Source: an uncultured Butyrivibrio sp.
Lineage (GTDB): Bacteria > Bacillota > Clostridia > Lachnospirales > Lachnospiraceae
Assembly: GCA_947169445.1 (NCBI GenBank)
Contig: CAMVPU010000009.1
Span: forward strand, 14,409 to 78,408
Direction of reading: 5' to 3'
Length of the DNA stretch: 64,000 nucleotides
Positions 35,482-45,774 of the stretch are shown piece after piece (the stretch's first letter is position 1; each line of letters opens with the position of its first letter). Made by a program: the position numbers and the translations under genes. Below the pieces are notes generated by a model. That model had not been told where the DNA came from. It ran no database searches and saw nothing but the letters and a program-made list of their open reading frames with translations.

Positions 35482-36561
35482 ATGAAACAAAAATATAGCT
35501 TTATGAGCATCTTAAGAGTCTTATCAATGGTATCTATTGTATTCTACCACATGCTGATAACTCTTTATATATATGGAATAAGGCAATTAGACAGCATCAG
35601 TATTTTCTTTGAAAATGCCAACATGCACATTGCCAAGGTCGGCGTATGTCTTTTCTTCATGCTCTCCGGCGCAGGGCTCATGCTTAGCAGCAAGGACCAG
35701 GCCTTTAGTCTTAAGGATTTCTATTTTAAAAGATTTAAAAAGATCCTGATACCATTTTATGTAGTATATGTCTGCTATTTTACTTTCCTCGTCATTACGC
35801 ATCACATTCTACTTTCAAATCCCTTTGAAGGCAAAAATCTAAAGCCCTACAGCTTTATTTTTTCACTACTGGGAATGGATGCATATTTGGAAAACTTCGG
35901 AATTCCAACCTGCTCCCTCGGAATAGGCGAATGGTTCCTAGGATGCCTGATGCTCATTTATATCGTCTATCCAATACTTAGAGCCTGCATGTTAAAAAAT
36001 AAATATATCACCATCCTCATCGCAACAATATACTACGTTCTTATGAATGTTTTCTATTGTAACATTCAAATTTTTAAAAATGTTCCAATGTACACAAATG
36101 CTGCAATAAAGATATACGATTTTATTTTGGGAATGTTCCTGGTTCTAGTACTTGAAAGCATTCCTAAGTTTATTTATTACATTGCATTTATTTTCAATTT
36201 GTTTTTTATTGTATATCCCGACACACTGCCGGGCGTTGACAGTTTTCAGATTCCAATTCATGGTCTTTTAGCATTTTTGATTTTCGCTTATTTTGAAAAA
36301 ATCTTTAACAAGCACCCAAAGGTCATTAGAGGATTTGATATATTGGCATCATACAGCTACGAATACTTTTTGATCCACCATTTTGTAATACTTCATCTTT
36401 CCAAGATTGGACAAAACACTGAATTTGGAAATCCCAAACTGCTTATATTATTTGGGGGAGAAATACTTCTCACCACAATACTTACTATTATCCTCAAAAA
36501 GATCGTTGCCCTTATATATCAGCCCATGGAACGAATAAGCCGTAAAAACAAGGCAAACTGA
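35482..36561 (+). CDS. Acyltransferase_3 family membrane O-acyltransferase
   Basis: LRVL...VFYH, GVCLFFMLSG, FYFKRFKKILIP, WFL and SYEYFLIH motifs. ATG 35482 after GGAG. Confidence 0.85.
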   Translation: MKQKYSFMSILRVLSMVSIVFYHMLITLYIYGIRQLDSISIFFENANMHIAKVGVCLFFMLSGAGLMLSSKDQAFSLKDFYFKRFKKILIPFYVVYVCYFTFLVITHHILLSNPFEGKNLKPYSFIFSLLGMDAYLENFGIPTCSLGIGEWFLGCLMLIYIVYPILRACMLKNKYITILIATIYYVLMNVFYCNIQIFKNVPMYTNAAIKIYDFILGMFLVLVLESIPKFIYYIAFIFNLFFIVYPDTLPGVDSFQIPIHGLLAFLIFAYFEKIFNKHPKVIRGFDILASYSYEYFLIHHFVILHLSKIGQNTEFGNPKLLILFGGEILLTTILTIILKKIVALIYQPMERISRKNKAN

Positions 36562-36599
36562 TAATTTATCTGCATTATGAAAACTAATAATTTCCACGT

Positions 36600-36630
36600 A
36601 AAAAGAGGTTACCCAAAAGGATAACCTCTT
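36600..36630. terminator. Terminator between convergent acyltransferase and rny
   Basis: AAGAGGTTA-CCCAAAAGGA-TAACCTCTT hairpin with an A-tract. Confidence 0.7.
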
Positions 36631-36658
36631 ATTATTTGTAATAATTGCAGATGATGAA

Positions 36659-38206
36659 TTACTTAGCGTAATCGGTTGCTCTGCTCTCTCTGATAATATT
36701 TACCTTGATCTGTCCAGGATATTCCATTTCATCCTCGATCTTCTTGGCAATATCACGAGCCATGAGAACCATATCTTCATCTGAAACCTGCTCAGGAACT
36801 ACCATTACTCTGACTTCACGACCAGCCTGAATAGCAAATGAGTGATCAACACCCTTAAAGCTATTTGTAATTTCCTCGAGTTCTTTTAATCTGGATGTGT
36901 ATGTTTCAAGTGTTTCTCTTCTAGCTCCAGGTCTAGCTGATGAAATTGTATCAGCAGCCTGCACAAGAACAGCTATAAGAGACTGTGGCTCAACATCTCC
37001 ATGATGAGCTTCTACAGCGTTAATAACAATCTGTGATTCCTTGTACTTCTTACAAATATCTACACCAAGCTGAATATGTGAACCTTCAAGCTCATGATCT
37101 ACAGCCTTACCAATATCATGTAAGAGTCCGGCTCTCTTAGCAACTCGAACATCAAGTCCAAGCTCTGATGCTAAAAGTCCGCACAACTGTGCAACTTCTA
37201 CAGAATGCTTCAAGCAATTCTGACCGTAACTGGTTCTAAATTTCATACGACCAAGAATCTTGATCACTTCAGGATGAAGTCCATGAACACCTGCTTCAAT
37301 AGCAGCATTCTCTCCTTCTTCCTTAATCTTCGCAGCAACTTCTTTCTGAGCCTTCTCAACCATTTCCTCAATTCTTGCAGGATGAATTCGGCCATCTACA
37401 ATAAGTTTCTCGAGTGCAATACGAGCTACTTCTCTACGGATTGGATCAAAGCCTGAAATAACTACTGCTTCCGGAGTATCATCAATAATAAGATCGACTC
37501 CGGTCATTGTTTCAAGGGTTCTAATGTTTCTACCTTCTCTACCAATGATTCTACCCTTCATTTCATCATTTGGCAGCTGAACAACAGATATTGTAGTCTC
37601 GGAAACATGATCTGCTGAGCAACGCTGAATAGCGTTAACAACAATTTCCTTTGCTCTCTTATCTGCTTCTTCTTTAGCCTCAGCTTCCATGTTCTTGATC
37701 ATGACAGCTGATTCGTGTTTCACATCATCTTCAACGATTTTTAAAAGATACTCTTTTGCCTGTTCGGAGGTTAAGCCAGAGATTTTCTCAAGTTCCTGTA
37801 GCCTCTGTTCATTAAGCTTAGCAACCTCTTCACTCTTCTTGTTAAGCGCCTCTTCCCGAGCATTCAAGCTTTGCTCTTTCTTCTCAATCGCTTCCGATCT
37901 CTTTTCGACGTTCTCCTCTTTCTGCTGAACCCTTCTCTCTGAGCGCTGAACCTCATTTCTACGGTCCTTAACTTCCTTCTCAAGGTCATTACGAGTCTTC
38001 ATAGCCTCTTCCTTGGCTTCAAGAAGTTTCTCACGCTTAGTGTCCTCAGCAGTCTTGAGTGCTTCATCGATAATCTTTCTTGCCCTTTCTTCAGCACTTC
38101 CGATTTTCCCCTCAGTTACCTTCTTATGGTATGAGTTTGACAAAACCCAAGTCACAAGTACAGAAATGACAAGAGTTGCTACTACTGCAATAATAATACC
38201 GGCCAT
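36659..38206 (-). CDS. rny: Ribonuclease Y
   Basis: N-terminal TM, coiled coil, KH domain ([13 protein letters not shown]) and HD domain (LLHDIGK). Confidence 0.97.
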   Translation of the reverse strand: MAGIIIAVVATLVISVLVTWVLSNSYHKKVTEGKIGSAEERARKIIDEALKTAEDTKREKLLEAKEEAMKTRNDLEKEVKDRRNEVQRSERRVQQKEENVEKRSEAIEKKEQSLNAREEALNKKSEEVAKLNEQRLQELEKISGLTSEQAKEYLLKIVEDDVKHESAVMIKNMEAEAKEEADKRAKEIVVNAIQRCSADHVSETTISVVQLPNDEMKGRIIGREGRNIRTLETMTGVDLIIDDTPEAVVISGFDPIRREVARIALEKLIVDGRIHPARIEEMVEKAQKEVAAKIKEEGENAAIEAGVHGLHPEVIKILGRMKFRTSYGQNCLKHSVEVAQLCGLLASELGLDVRVAKRAGLLHDIGKAVDHELEGSHIQLGVDICKKYKESQIVINAVEAHHGDVEPQSLIAVLVQAADTISSARPGARRETLETYTSRLKELEEITNSFKGVDHSFAIQAGREVRVMVVPEQVSDEDMVLMARDIAKKIEDEMEYPGQIKVNIIRESRATDYAK

Positions 38207-38310
38207 TACAGGAGCACCTCCTTATTCAATTTTCATTGTACAATATCTTGTATAGTGTGTAGAAAAAACTACATAAATAACACACTTGAATACAATTTTA
38301 CAACACTTAA

Positions 38311-38339
38311 ATTTTACCTTTTATAAGTACTAGTGTCAA
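38311..38339 (-). promoter_or_regulatory. Sigma-A promoter of rny; -35 overlaps the recX stop codon
   Basis: TTGACA-17 bp-TAAAAT on the minus strand. Confidence 0.65.
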
Positions 38340-38971
38340 GGAATATAATCGCTGTCACATTCCATTACATGGCGGATAGAGTCCATTGAATATCCCTTTC
38401 TCAAAAGAAAGGCCATTATTTTCTGTTTATCCTTAAAGTCCATTTCAGGACTATAATGCTTCTTGATAAGAAGTTTGGCAATCTGCTCATCTTCTACGCT
38501 TACCCCGGAACTATCATTTTCTTCTTCATAAACCTCTTCGAGAATTGGTATGATAATCTCCTTCTTAATCCCTTTTTGAGTCAGATCCTGAATAATACGA
38601 TTCCTGCTGCGAGTAGTCATATGATATGTGACATAATCCCTGACAAAACGTTCATCATCAAGGTATCTGTATCCTCTGACATACTCGATTGCCTCATCAA
38701 CGATATCCTGAGGATAAAGGCCTTCCGCAAGTTTATCTCGCAGCTGCTTCTCAGTGTAATCCTTCTTCTGAAGAAGATTCATAGCCCGAAGTTTAGCACG
38801 TTTTGAAAGAACTGTACCCAAAATCTCATCATATAGTTCCGCGGAAATATCTATTCCAGATTTTATACTATAAGTCTTAAGCTCACCCTTATACAAAACA
38901 AAGGCAAATTCTCCGTCAATATATACTTTACATCTCTTCTTATCTAGTTCAACGATGTCAGAAATCTGCAT
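38336..38971 (-). CDS. recX: Regulatory protein RecX
   Basis: Downstream of recA; RAMNLL..DYTEKQLRDKL, YLDDERF and FLLRKGY motifs. Confidence 0.9.
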   Translation of the reverse strand: MQISDIVELDKKRCKVYIDGEFAFVLYKGELKTYSIKSGIDISAELYDEILGTVLSKRAKLRAMNLLQKKDYTEKQLRDKLAEGLYPQDIVDEAIEYVRGYRYLDDERFVRDYVTYHMTTRSRNRIIQDLTQKGIKKEIIIPILEEVYEEENDSSGVSVEDEQIAKLLIKKHYSPEMDFKDKQKIMAFLLRKGYSMDSIRHVMECDSDYIP

Positions 38972-39008
38972 ATTTTATTATCCCAATTCCCAAATCAATC
39001 TGTTTAGT

Positions 39009-39072
39009 AAAAGGAGCTGTAAAAAATGAACTGATACAAGTATGTAAAGCTCATTTTTCACAGCCACCTTTT
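39009..39072 (-). terminator. Long imperfect hairpin between recA and recX
   Basis: AAAAGG-A-GCTGT-AAAAAATGA / TCATTTTT-C-ACAGC-CA-CCTTTT. Confidence 0.6.
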
Positions 39073-39102
39073 AGCTAAAGTTATTGTATTTGCCGAGTAC
39101 TA

Positions 39103-40185
39103 TTATTTTGCTGCCTTTGTCTTCTTGGCAGGTGCTTCTGATCCGTCTGTCTCAGGATCACGCCTTGCAGCGGAAATTGCCTGTCCTTCTACAGGAAGGC
39201 CATAGTGAGCTCTAACCTTGGCATCAATATCTGCAAGGACATCCGGATTGTTCTCCAGATAAAGCTTGGCATTCTCACGTCCCTGACCAATCTTCTCTCC
39301 TTCATACTGATACCATGCACCAGACTTGTTAACAATATCAACACTTGCTGCAAGATCAAGGATATCACCGGTTGCTGATATTCCCTTACCAAACATAATG
39401 TCAAATTCAGCCTCTTTAAATGGAGGAGCAATCTTATTCTTAACTACCTTAACTCTTGTTCTGTTACCAATGTTCTCACCATTCTGCTTGATTGCCTCAA
39501 TACGGCGAACATCCATACGCACGGAAGAATAGAATTTAAGAGCACGTCCACCGGTTGTAGTCTCCGGATTGCCAAACATAACACCAACCTTCTCACGAAG
39601 CTGATTGATGAATACAACTGTACAGTTAGACTTGCTGATAACTGCTGTAAGCTTACGAAGAGCCTGTGACATAAGTCTCGCCTGAAGTCCCACATGTGAA
39701 TCGCCCATATCGCCATCAATTTCAGCCTTAGGAACAAGTGCTGCAACAGAGTCTACAACAACTATATCAATAGCTCCTGAACGAACCATTGTCTCTGTAA
39801 TTTCAAGAGCCTGCTCACCACTGTCAGGCTGAGAAATATAAAGATTATCAACATCAACGCCAATGTTCTTGGCATATACAGGATCAAGAGCATGCTCAGC
39901 GTCTATAAAGCCTGCAATACCGCCTCTCTTCTGTACTTCTGCTATCATATGAAGTGTAACCGTTGTCTTACCACTGGACTCAGGTCCATAAATCTCTATA
40001 ATACGTCCCTTAGGAATACCGCCAAGACCAAGTGCTATATCAAGACTAAGTGATCCTGTAGGGATAGTCTCAATATTCATAGTATCAGATGAATCTCCAA
40101 GCTTCATCACAGCACCCTTACCAAACTGCTTCTCAATCTGACCAAGTGCTGCTTCCAATGCTTTTTGTTTTTCTTCTCTTTCCAT
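39103..40185 (-). CDS. recA: Recombinase RecA
   Basis: [28 protein letters not shown] and GGRALKFY motifs. Confidence 0.99.
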   Translation of the reverse strand: MEREEKQKALEAALGQIEKQFGKGAVMKLGDSSDTMNIETIPTGSLSLDIALGLGGIPKGRIIEIYGPESSGKTTVTLHMIAEVQKRGGIAGFIDAEHALDPVYAKNIGVDVDNLYISQPDSGEQALEITETMVRSGAIDIVVVDSVAALVPKAEIDGDMGDSHVGLQARLMSQALRKLTAVISKSNCTVVFINQLREKVGVMFGNPETTTGGRALKFYSSVRMDVRRIEAIKQNGENIGNRTRVKVVKNKIAPPFKEAEFDIMFGKGISATGDILDLAASVDIVNKSGAWYQYEGEKIGQGRENAKLYLENNPDVLADIDAKVRAHYGLPVEGQAISAARRDPETDGSEAPAKKTKAAK

Positions 40186-40200
40186 ACCAATCTCCTTTTA

Positions 40201-40252
40201 GAACATTCGTTCTGTATATAAAAATATTAAAACAGATGTTCGAATGTGTCAA
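40201..40252 (-). promoter_or_regulatory. recA promoter with two LexA (Cheo) boxes
   Basis: GAAC-ATTC-GTTC at 40201-40212. AAAC-AGAT-GTTC at 40230-40241 lies inside the spacer of TTGACA(40247-40252)-17-TAATAT(40224-40229). Confidence 0.85.
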
Positions 40253-40391
40253 CATGTTTTGTTATTAAATTTCATTTTTTCTTCTGCAAAATACAGGCAT
40301 CCAAAACTAAACATGAAAGTCCGGCAGAAACGCCAGATATAGACTGCATCTCATAATGCAAATCTACAAAAAATCCCCGACTAATATACAC

Positions 40392-40421
40392 ACAAGTCAT
40401 TGCCCTGGAGCAATGACTTGT
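40392..40421 (-). terminator. Hairpin downstream of the J-domain gene
   Basis: ACAAGTCATTGC-CCTGGA-GCAATGACTTGT perfect 12-bp stem; weak U-tract. Confidence 0.55.
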
Positions 40422-40481
40422 AAACAATAACATATTATTAGCAATAAAACAACTTAAGATTTTATGAAGACGAAAAACCGT

Positions 40482-41018
40482 TCAATTGATCATGCTGATG
40501 TCATACTGTCTGCATAATGAAGCATATTCTTCATTGATCAGCTGAACCATCTCCTGATCCCCACTAATATTGTCAGGATGGAACATTTTCATAAGATCTT
40601 TATATCTCTTCTTGAGAGCAAGAGGATTGTTAACACCTCTGAACAAAAGATCCAGCGCATCATATTCGTTTTCTCTCTGATACGCTTTTTCTCTTTCAAG
40701 ACGGATATATTCACTCTCAAGCTTCTTTTTATCACTATTTAATTGGTCGAATCCGCTGTTAAGAATACGAAGCCGCTGTTCGAAAAGAGCCTTATCATTA
40801 TCCAGTTTTCTGCTAGCTGTCTCAAGTTTTCTCTCTATAGAGTCAACTCTTTCTTTAAAAGCTCTCTCGTCTTCTTCCAGCCTTGAATAACGCTCAGCAA
40901 GGGAACTTTCCTGATTCTCCAATCTGACACTTTCTTTAAAGAGCCAAATCCGGAGCTGAGAAAGCTCATCCTCTGAACCGTTCATAATGATTTCTTCGAT
41001 TCGTCTTCTTTCTTCCAT
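40482..41018 (-). CDS. Coiled-coil protein with C-terminal J-domain-like region
   Basis: LKKRYKDLMKMFHPDN...INEEY, i.e. J-domain helix II, HPD, helix III. Confidence 0.75.
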   Translation of the reverse strand: MEERRRIEEIIMNGSEDELSQLRIWLFKESVRLENQESSLAERYSRLEEDERAFKERVDSIERKLETASRKLDNDKALFEQRLRILNSGFDQLNSDKKKLESEYIRLEREKAYQRENEYDALDLLFRGVNNPLALKKRYKDLMKMFHPDNISGDQEMVQLINEEYASLCRQYDISMIN

Positions 41019-41040
41019 ATGGATCCCCCTAATTCAAGGC

Positions 41041-41424
41041 TCATGTCTTATCGGGAAAAGCGATATCCACTGCCTCTTCATCATCCATCATGTTCTCTTT
41101 TTTGGCAGAAAAACGATCAACTATATCAGGCACCATATCAAGAACCTTGGTAACCGCATCCTGATTCTTGATGTTAACAAGTTTGGTAGTGCCATTTTTG
41201 ATAACAAGTACTGCACTTGGTGACATCTTGGCACCAAATCCGCCGCCACCGCCGTTTTTCTTGTCAGCATTGCTGGATCCGGCCCCTACGCCAAAAGATA
41301 CATCCACAAGAGGAACAATAATCGTATCTCCAACCTTGGTAGCCTCACCCACAACTGTTTTGGCCGACATAAGCTTGTTCATACCGCCCAAAAGAGAATC
41401 AAATACCTCGTTAAAATTACTCAT
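41041..41424 (-). CDS. YtfJ/GerW family protein
   Basis: KTVVGE...IVPLVDVSFGVGAG...GGGGGFGAKMSP.AVLVI. ATG 41424 after GGAGGT. Confidence 0.88.
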   Translation of the reverse strand: MSNFNEVFDSLLGGMNKLMSAKTVVGEATKVGDTIIVPLVDVSFGVGAGSSNADKKNGGGGGFGAKMSPSAVLVIKNGTTKLVNIKNQDAVTKVLDMVPDIVDRFSAKKENMMDDEEAVDIAFPDKT

Positions 41425-41444
41425 CTCCACACCTCCAACGATTT

Positions 41445-42479
41445 TCATGCTTTCATAATTTTCTTAAATCTCTTGATGACTTTCTTTACATCTTTATTGA
41501 AATAGCAGACGCATACACAATATAACACTGTAAACAATGTAATATGCCCCTTAAAATGTGCATCTGCATATAAAACTTTCCTGTCAAAATCAGGTTCAAA
41601 AGATACGTTCCTGAATAACACAGGATACAGCATTCCATAAACGGCCATAAACTCAGCTGTATCAGCCGGATCCCCTGTTCCAAGTCTAAGATCGATCTTG
41701 GATTTATCCGGCATGATCATCTTGATAAGTCTTATGAGTTTCCCCTTGACCAGTTCAAATGCACGCTTGAAAATATCGTTTTCTAGTGTGGTTTTTAACA
41801 TACTCATCTTACCATAAACTCTAGATATTGTATATTGGATTTTTTCAAGCACATTTTGTGGTGTTTTTAGAATATTCTCAATTTTCTCAAAGATGTCAGT
41901 TATTATTTCAATAAGAGCCTTATCTTTTTCTTCCGTAGACTCATTTTCATCTGTTTCTTTTTGGTCTGTAGTATTGTCGTTATCTAAGACTGAATCATTT
42001 TTATCATTTATTTGATCATTTTCGGATTCAGTATCAGTCTTATCTTCTACCTTGTCTTCTGTCTTTTCTTCCTGAACATTACCTGATTCAGAATCATCTT
42101 TCTTTTTAGAATGTATATCGGTATCTGAAAGGCTTTCTTTATCATCTGAATCTGTTTTATCTTCACTATCCGATTTTTCCTCTTTACTTTTTTTCTTAAG
42201 AGGAAATACCTTTATTCCGAAAACTCTTATTGTAAACTCTTTATGTTCCGGAAACTCTATACCGCCGCTGATAATATGAAGAAGCCATGAGAAACGCGCT
42301 CTTGCCACTATTTCATTTACATCAAAAGCGCTTTCAAATTCCGTCTCAGGAACCGTCCCATCCAGTCTGTATCTTACCGGAACAAATAATATCAGCAGAA
42401 TAAGAAATAGAATAAAGGCTATCAGGCATAAAAGCACAATTCCAATTATCTTCAGTGCTGTTAAAATCCCCGCCAGCAT
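41445..42479 (-). CDS. DUF2953 (YtfI-like) membrane-anchored protein with acidic low-complexity linker
   Basis: N-terminal TM ending in LFVPVRY; C-terminal GTGDPADTA motif; adjacent to the ytfJ-like gene. Confidence 0.75.
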   Translation of the reverse strand: MLAGILTALKIIGIVLLCLIAFILFLILLILFVPVRYRLDGTVPETEFESAFDVNEIVARARFSWLLHIISGGIEFPEHKEFTIRVFGIKVFPLKKKSKEEKSDSEDKTDSDDKESLSDTDIHSKKKDDSESGNVQEEKTEDKVEDKTDTESENDQINDKNDSVLDNDNTTDQKETDENESTEEKDKALIEIITDIFEKIENILKTPQNVLEKIQYTISRVYGKMSMLKTTLENDIFKRAFELVKGKLIRLIKMIMPDKSKIDLRLGTGDPADTAEFMAVYGMLYPVLFRNVSFEPDFDRKVLYADAHFKGHITLFTVLYCVCVCYFNKDVKKVIKRFKKIMKA

Positions 42480-42519
42480 AATCTTTTCTCCCCACAAAAT
42501 AATAAATACAAATACAATC

Positions 42520-42843
42520 TTATAAATTCAGGTATTCCAGCAATCTACCGTCCATTCCTGCCTTAGAAGCCTCCTCGGAAATCTTAACCACCAAATTGAC
42601 AGCTTCTTCATATCCGAAGGCAATGCCATATATCAGAACCGGATCATATTCATAATAGCGTTGTCTTAAAAAAGCACAGTGAATAATATCCAGCTGATCA
42701 TTATCATTCATGGGGGCCGTCAAGCAATAAATATTGAACTGACCACTCCCAAACAGGAGCTTCCATTTTACAAGATGATGTTTTTTTACCGAATCTCCCC
42801 AATATAGATTCTTGGCAAACCGGCAAAAGCCACCTTTTTTCAT
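42520..42843 (-). CDS. Hypothetical protein
   Basis: Co-oriented ORF; ATG 42843 with GCGGAG RBS. Confidence 0.65.
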   Translation of the reverse strand: MKKGGFCRFAKNLYWGDSVKKHHLVKWKLLFGSGQFNIYCLTAPMNDNDQLDIIHCAFLRQRYYEYDPVLIYGIAFGYEEAVNLVVKISEEASKAGMDGRLLEYLNL

Positions 42844-42970
42844 TCCACTTAATTCTCCGCCCAAAACATTTATTCACAAAAAATCATCTTCAAAGGCGCT
42901 GCTTTGCTTTATTTTTCATGAAATACTACAAAGATAATTTTATCATATTTAGTAAAAAAAATCCGAAGAA

Positions 42971-44422
42971 TTATTCAACGCCAAAGTATGCATCAAATAT
43001 TCTTTTTGCTATAGGAACCGCGTAGCTACCGCCACTTCCGGCATCCTCGACTATGATCGTAACACATACCTTAGGATCTTCTACCGGCGCAAAGCCTGTA
43101 AACCAGGCATGGGAATCAGAAGTAGAATCATTAAATTCTGCGGAGCCTGTCTTACCTGCTGCTGTATAGGTTAGTCCCTTTAGTTTGGATGCAGTACCGC
43201 TTTGAACTACAGCTTCCATCATGGTAGTGAGAATCTCTGACTCTTTTTCGGACATAAGTCTTTTATAGCTTTCAGAAGAATAGCTTTTGACTTCTTTCCC
43301 GGTCTCACTTTTAACACCGCTTACCACATATGGTTTCATTAATATTCCCTTATTAGCAATGCTACAGGTTATCATATTCATATGCATAGGCGAAACAAGC
43401 GTAGCTCCCTGTCCGATTGAGAGCTGCATAACATCAGAGCTTTCCGTTTCATCATCAAGCTGTGCACTACTCTTGTTGTAATTCATGGTTAGTGGCAATT
43501 CTTCGCCAAACATAAGATTTTTCAGGGTACTTTGAAAAGTTTTTCTCTTTACCTCTAATCCAATATTAGCAAAGGATGAATTACAGGACTTGGCAAAAGA
43601 GCTGACAAAGTCCACATATCCGTGATTCTCGCCATGATAGCAGGATATAGTTTCACCCTCATAGGTATATTTTCCATTACAGGTAAATTTATAATCCGAA
43701 TAGTTGTCAGGATGTTCTTTGATATAAGCAAGCGCAGTTGCAATCTTAAAAGTAGATCCGGGCGGATACAAGCCTTGTGTTGCTCTGTTAAGAAGTTTGG
43801 CATCAGTTGATTTGTCTGCCAAAAGAGATGCCCAATCCTGCTGAATAGTATTTGGATCAAAATCAGGCTTGGAAACCATAGCCAGTATTTCACCGGTCTT
43901 AGGATTCGTAACAACAATAGCACCCTTTCTGGCTGACAGCGCATTAAAAGCCACTTCCTGAAGATTGACATCCAGTGTGGTGTAGACATTATCTCCCGGA
44001 TACTTTTCTCCCTGAGTATCTAGTGCCACTTTATCCTGCAGATCAATACTTGTGTTTATCAGATAATAATTTTCAGAAGCCTCTATTCCGGCTTTTCCAT
44101 TGGTTGAGTACCCAACAACATGCGCAAACTCTTTTCCATAAGGATAGACTCGCTTTTCTTTTCCATATTCATCCAGCGAAGTATAAGCAAGTACATCCCC
44201 ATCCCTGGATAAAATCTTTCCCCTTGTATTCTGAGCCAGCAATATCTGCTGTCTGGTATTGTAGCTATTATTCATAAGCTCCTGCTTATTATTTCCTGCA
44301 TAGTAACAAACATAAGCCAAAAGAGATGCAAGAAGGCAGCAATAAAATACAGACAAAATAATAATAGGATATGATCGTATTTTCTTTTTCCTGGCAGGCT
44401 TTCTATTATCTTTCTCCTGCAT
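42971..44422 (-). CDS. Class B penicillin-binding protein (transpeptidase)
   Basis: PGSTFK (SxxK), SCN (SxN) and KTG motifs; coupled to the SEDS gene. Confidence 0.92.
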   Translation of the reverse strand: MQEKDNRKPARKKKIRSYPIIILSVFYCCLLASLLAYVCYYAGNNKQELMNNSYNTRQQILLAQNTRGKILSRDGDVLAYTSLDEYGKEKRVYPYGKEFAHVVGYSTNGKAGIEASENYYLINTSIDLQDKVALDTQGEKYPGDNVYTTLDVNLQEVAFNALSARKGAIVVTNPKTGEILAMVSKPDFDPNTIQQDWASLLADKSTDAKLLNRATQGLYPPGSTFKIATALAYIKEHPDNYSDYKFTCNGKYTYEGETISCYHGENHGYVDFVSSFAKSCNSSFANIGLEVKRKTFQSTLKNLMFGEELPLTMNYNKSSAQLDDETESSDVMQLSIGQGATLVSPMHMNMITCSIANKGILMKPYVVSGVKSETGKEVKSYSSESYKRLMSEKESEILTTMMEAVVQSGTASKLKGLTYTAAGKTGSAEFNDSTSDSHAWFTGFAPVEDPKVCVTIIVEDAGSGGSYAVPIAKRIFDAYFGVE

Positions 44423-45770
44423 TCCTCTTAGCCTCCATCTTCCTGCGTTTTCTTTCTATAGCCTTTTGTCTTTCGTCTGTCCTTATCATGCAGATTCCTT
44501 CAGCAATCATGATCATCACTATCGTAGTAAGCACAGATGTACCGCCGTAACTGACAAGTGGTAATGTAACACCAGTCAGCGGAATAAACTTAGCGCCTCC
44601 TCCAATAGTTAGAAACGCCTGAAAGATAAAAGCAACAGCAATACCTGTAATGATCAGCCTGTAAAACTTATCCCTTAGATAATATCCTTCTAACATCAGC
44701 ATGATAAAGGTGCTGACGCAGATAAGTGTCATAAGCACAGCAAAAATAACCCCCAGTTCCTCAGCTATTGCAGAAAAAATAAAATCCTGCTCAACATAAG
44801 GAATGGACTGAGGCGAACCTCCATATAATCCAAGACCAAACCAGCATCCACTACTGATACCAAAAAGTGACTGTGACAGCTGATATCCGGTAGCTTCAAT
44901 ATCACTGAAGGGATCAAGAAAGGCTTGTACTCTCACCTGAATATGAGAAAAAAGCCTGTAGGAAACCATGCTTGCAATAGCTCCAAAGGCCAATCCCGCA
45001 ATAAGATATCCTGGATTTTCTGTAGCGATAAAAATCAGAGCCAGATAAACCACAAAGAAAATCAGAGCACTTCCCAGATCTTTGGACAGAACCAGAATAA
45101 TTACATGAACTGCAGCTATAAAAGAACACATTAATATTTCCAAAAAGCTTTCAGCTTTATAAAGAGCTGATGCCATAAAGAACAAAAATATTATCTTTAC
45201 AAATTCAGAAGGCTGAAACGTAATTCCTGCAATCGTATAGGAAATCTTAGATCCGTTAGTTGCAGCGCCCAAAATAAGGACTATACCAATAAGTAAGATT
45301 CCGGCACAGGCATAAACCCATTTAAACTTTTTGAGTATATTTAGTCGAAAAATAAGCTCCGGTATAAAAAAGCCTATCAAAAAAGATGCAGAAATAATAA
45401 AAAACTGCTTGATTGCCTTATCATAGGATAGTCTTGTTATTATGATAAGGCCAATCATAAGAAGCATGCAGCAATTGTTGATAAGCAGCCTGTTTCCATC
45501 CGGATAAATGGCATAAAACAAAAGAATCGCCGATAGAAAAATCACTATCTGAAAAGCAAAAAAGAATGCATATCTAACTTTTCCGGTTCTGGCAATAATC
45601 TGTATAAAGCAGGCAAACTGCACAGAAAACATGCTGATCACCTGACCTATGTACAGCCACTTTCTTTTTCCCTCGCTCTTATATCTGAAAGTCAGAAAAC
45701 CTTCAATGGTATACACAAGCAAAAAAAGCGTAATGACATATTTCGAGATTTCCGTCACATATAATTCCAT
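44406..45770 (-). CDS. FtsW/RodA/SpoVE (SEDS) family protein
   Basis: FQPSEFVK, DLGSA, GYQ, DFIFSAIAEELG and PLTGVTLPLVSYGGTS motifs. Confidence 0.95.
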   Translation of the reverse strand: MELYVTEISKYVITLFLLVYTIEGFLTFRYKSEGKRKWLYIGQVISMFSVQFACFIQIIARTGKVRYAFFFAFQIVIFLSAILLFYAIYPDGNRLLINNCCMLLMIGLIIITRLSYDKAIKQFFIISASFLIGFFIPELIFRLNILKKFKWVYACAGILLIGIVLILGAATNGSKISYTIAGITFQPSEFVKIIFLFFMASALYKAESFLEILMCSFIAAVHVIILVLSKDLGSALIFFVVYLALIFIATENPGYLIAGLAFGAIASMVSYRLFSHIQVRVQAFLDPFSDIEATGYQLSQSLFGISSGCWFGLGLYGGSPQSIPYVEQDFIFSAIAEELGVIFAVLMTLICVSTFIMLMLEGYYLRDKFYRLIITGIAVAFIFQAFLTIGGGAKFIPLTGVTLPLVSYGGTSVLTTIVMIMIAEGICMIRTDERQKAIERKRRKMEAKRNAGER

Positions 45771-45774
45771 TAGT

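Noticed and set aside
40290..40345. Minus-strand GGCGTTTCTGCCGG resembling a purine riboswitch core
   Set aside because: The P1/P2/P3 stems and loop motifs are missing, and it lies upstream of the recA promoter with no purine gene.
41900..42200. Low-complexity repeat-like DNA
   Set aside because: It encodes an acidic linker in the DUF2953 protein and has no regular repeat-spacer structure.
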